Source of the DNA: Octopus sinensis
Lineage: Eukaryota
Length of the DNA stretch: 64,000 nucleotides
Direction of reading: 5' to 3'
Assembly: GCF_006345805.1 (NCBI RefSeq)
Contig: NC_043022.1
Coordinates: 17,918,001 to 17,982,000 of the forward strand
The notes under the pieces are model-generated. The model did no database searches, was not told where the DNA came from, and saw only the letters and a program-made list of their open reading frames with translations. Shown piece after piece: positions 61,642-64,000 of the stretch (its first letter is position 1; every line of letters starts with the position of its first letter). The position numbers and the translations under genes are program-made.

Positions 61642-64000
61642 TCATGGTCTTACCTTTTAAATTACCTACTACCGTATACCTTATAGCAAGGACCATACAT
61701 ACTGAGGTAATATCAGGAATGCCTTTGGATACATCTATCCCTTAGATGGTTACATTACCTCTAACTTATACACACACAAACAGAGTCAATTCAAGGATGT
61801 CATATCCTTATTAGGGATTAATAAATCCAAAATTTAATCTCCATCACATTAGAAGAAAATTTCTACAATGTGTTATGGATTATAAGAATAGGTAAAATGA
61901 ATAAAGTAAGAAAATCGAGAGTTAAGGATGTGTGGGTAATTTATTTGTTTTTAAGATTTAAATAGAAATAAATTTTTAAAAACCACAAAAGAAAATTAAA
62001 AAAAAATCTTTTCTGTTTTTTAAAAATGCATTTCTATTTAAATCTTAAAAACAAATAAATTACTCACACATGCTTAACTCTTCAGTTGCTTACATTATTA
62101 AGTTTACTTATTATATATCTATATGATTAGACACACACATGTGTGTGTGTGTTTGTTTCCCATTATCACTTGAAGACTTTTATTGGTGTGTTCATGTCCC
62201 CATAACTTAGTGGTTTGGCAAAAGAGACTGCTAGAATAAGTACTAGGCTTTACAAGAAATAATAAGTTCTGAGGTTGATCTGTTTGACAAGGCAGTGCCC
62301 CAGCATGGCCACTGTTTAATGACTGGATCAAGTAAAAGATTTGGGCCTAGACAATGGACATGGCTCTTGTTTCATCCAGCCCACCCCCCATTCTGGTAGT
62401 CTGCTTCCCCCACCCCTCATTCTCCTTCCCATACAATCTTGCAAACCACCCACTTCTACTTACCTTGTGCTTTGTGGGGTCATCTGGTTACCTTATCCTC
62501 ATTATCTACGTTTTGCAGTCCCTAACCCTAACCCCTTCTCCTAGTAGATGAGAGTATCCATGCAAAATTCTCAACAGGAATCTGCCCTTCTCCCATTTCT
62601 CATAGTAATCCCCTCATCTCCTAGCATGAAGCTGACTATCCCCTCTTCCCCCACAGCTCATAGTCCTGTGAACTGCATGGTGGCCTCAATAGTGCAGGTG
62701 ATGGGAACAAAGCGTCCAGTCCACCCTCTGTAAAGTGGTTGGCATTAGGAAGAGCTTCCAGTCATAGAAACCATTCCAGAAAAAAAAAAGATTTTGGAGA
62801 ATGATGCGGTCCTTGGACCGTTTGGATCCTTGTCAAAACATCCAGCCCCTGCCAACAGGGAACACAGGCGATAAATGAAGGTGATGATGATGAGGTGCAG
62901 AGACTTGGAACTCATTAGAAAATGAAGGATCAGGTTTGATATGAGAAAGATGCAAATCACCGTCATCTCCATCATTGGAGCAATAACATCCATAAAATAA
63001 TTTCGGGGAAAAAGAAGCAATTAAGGTTTATAAGATATAATCTGTGGAAAAAAAAAATTGAAAGAAATCATATATCAATGATATAGTGGGTAAATAAGTA
63101 AGAAAAAATGGTTTAAAATTAAAGTGAAGGAATTTAAATAAGTAAATTGAAAAGTAAATATAAAATTATTGTAGAATGTTATAGATAAGGGGTAGAATAG
63201 AATTGTGTTCTAAAAACTTATTATAGAATATAGGTTATTTATATTAATAGGTGAAGTAAGCTGCCAGAAGAAAATCTCTGATAATTTTATAATTTCTAGA
63301 TTAAAGTTAATATTTCCTTATCATGGGAATTGTCATGAATGACTTGTGTTTAATATCGAGTAAAGAAATGATCAAACTATTGGGTAAAAGTTATATTATT
63401 AATAAAACTTATAGAAAAGTTTTGGTTTCTATTATAGATTTAAGAAAAAGTTATTATTATTCTTTATATGATAATTTATAAATTATTAATTGGTTCTTAT
63501 AAAATGTTATCTTCTTTATCCATAATCCATTTATAAAGCTTTGTAATACATACAAAGATCATGAGGGTGGAGTTTTTTGTAGAGAAATAGAAACTTAGAT
63601 ATTATTATCTATTCTTTATCAGGTTTTGAATATTAATTTAGAAGAACTTTTTATGAGAATATTCCTAGTAAATAAGGTATTAATTGGCACACATATCAAA
63701 AGCTTAAAAATATAGTGCAAGGGAGGTAACCAAGATGTAAGTTCCTAAAATTAGAAAAATTTTAATTAAGAGTGAAGTGTAGTTTATATGGGATATAATA
63801 ATTTAGGCTGGTTAGAGGTGATATTTATAATATTAAAAGAAATTTAGGTGGAGTAGAATTCCTGCAGAAATAGATATGGAAATCTATTCTTTAAAATTTA
63901 TTGTGGATTAGGTATACAACTTAATAATTTTATTAGATATATAAAATTTCTGTAATAATTATAGAAATTAAACAAAATTTTATTCAACTTTATTCAATTT

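Noticed and set aside
63320-63745. ND2-like motifs (LPPL, QKxP, HxW) on the minus strand
   Set aside because: They occur in the reverse of ND2 order, with wrong spacing and frequent stops; this is not enough to call a mitochondrial gene.

Overview
AT-rich, microsatellite- and SINE-dense animal genomic DNA; the repeat content suggests a coleoid cephalopod, probably Octopus (inference, no search run). Two host genes are supported. (1) FTSJ1/TRM7, a tRNA 2'-O-methyltransferase on the minus strand: 10 coding exons from 42991 to 26462, all introns GT-AG, 972-nt CDS, 323 aa. (2) An intronless 484-aa C16orf87/UPF0547 homologue (+, 50224-51678), greatly lengthened by Ser/Asn repeats and oriented head-to-head with FTSJ1. 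FTSJ1 coding intron 1 holds a young, 5'-truncated RTE LINE (APE endonuclease, RT, PHD-like finger) broken only by three single-base deletions. The rest is a mosaic of RTE 3'-end fragments, tRNA-derived SINEs, mariner/Tc1/hAT relics, a 1558-bp tandem duplication and a 1.06-kb minisatellite inside a SINE. The least obvious signal is a set of eight hammerhead-ribozyme-like motifs of the Penelope/retrozyme type found by hand. Two have fully canonical cores and cleavage triplets (12305-12359 and 47052-47146); the rest are variant or degenerate. One lies in sense orientation in an FTSJ1 intron, and three cluster beside a perfect 133-bp-arm palindrome that carries a ribozyme half. All folds and alignments were done by eye and none has been tested.
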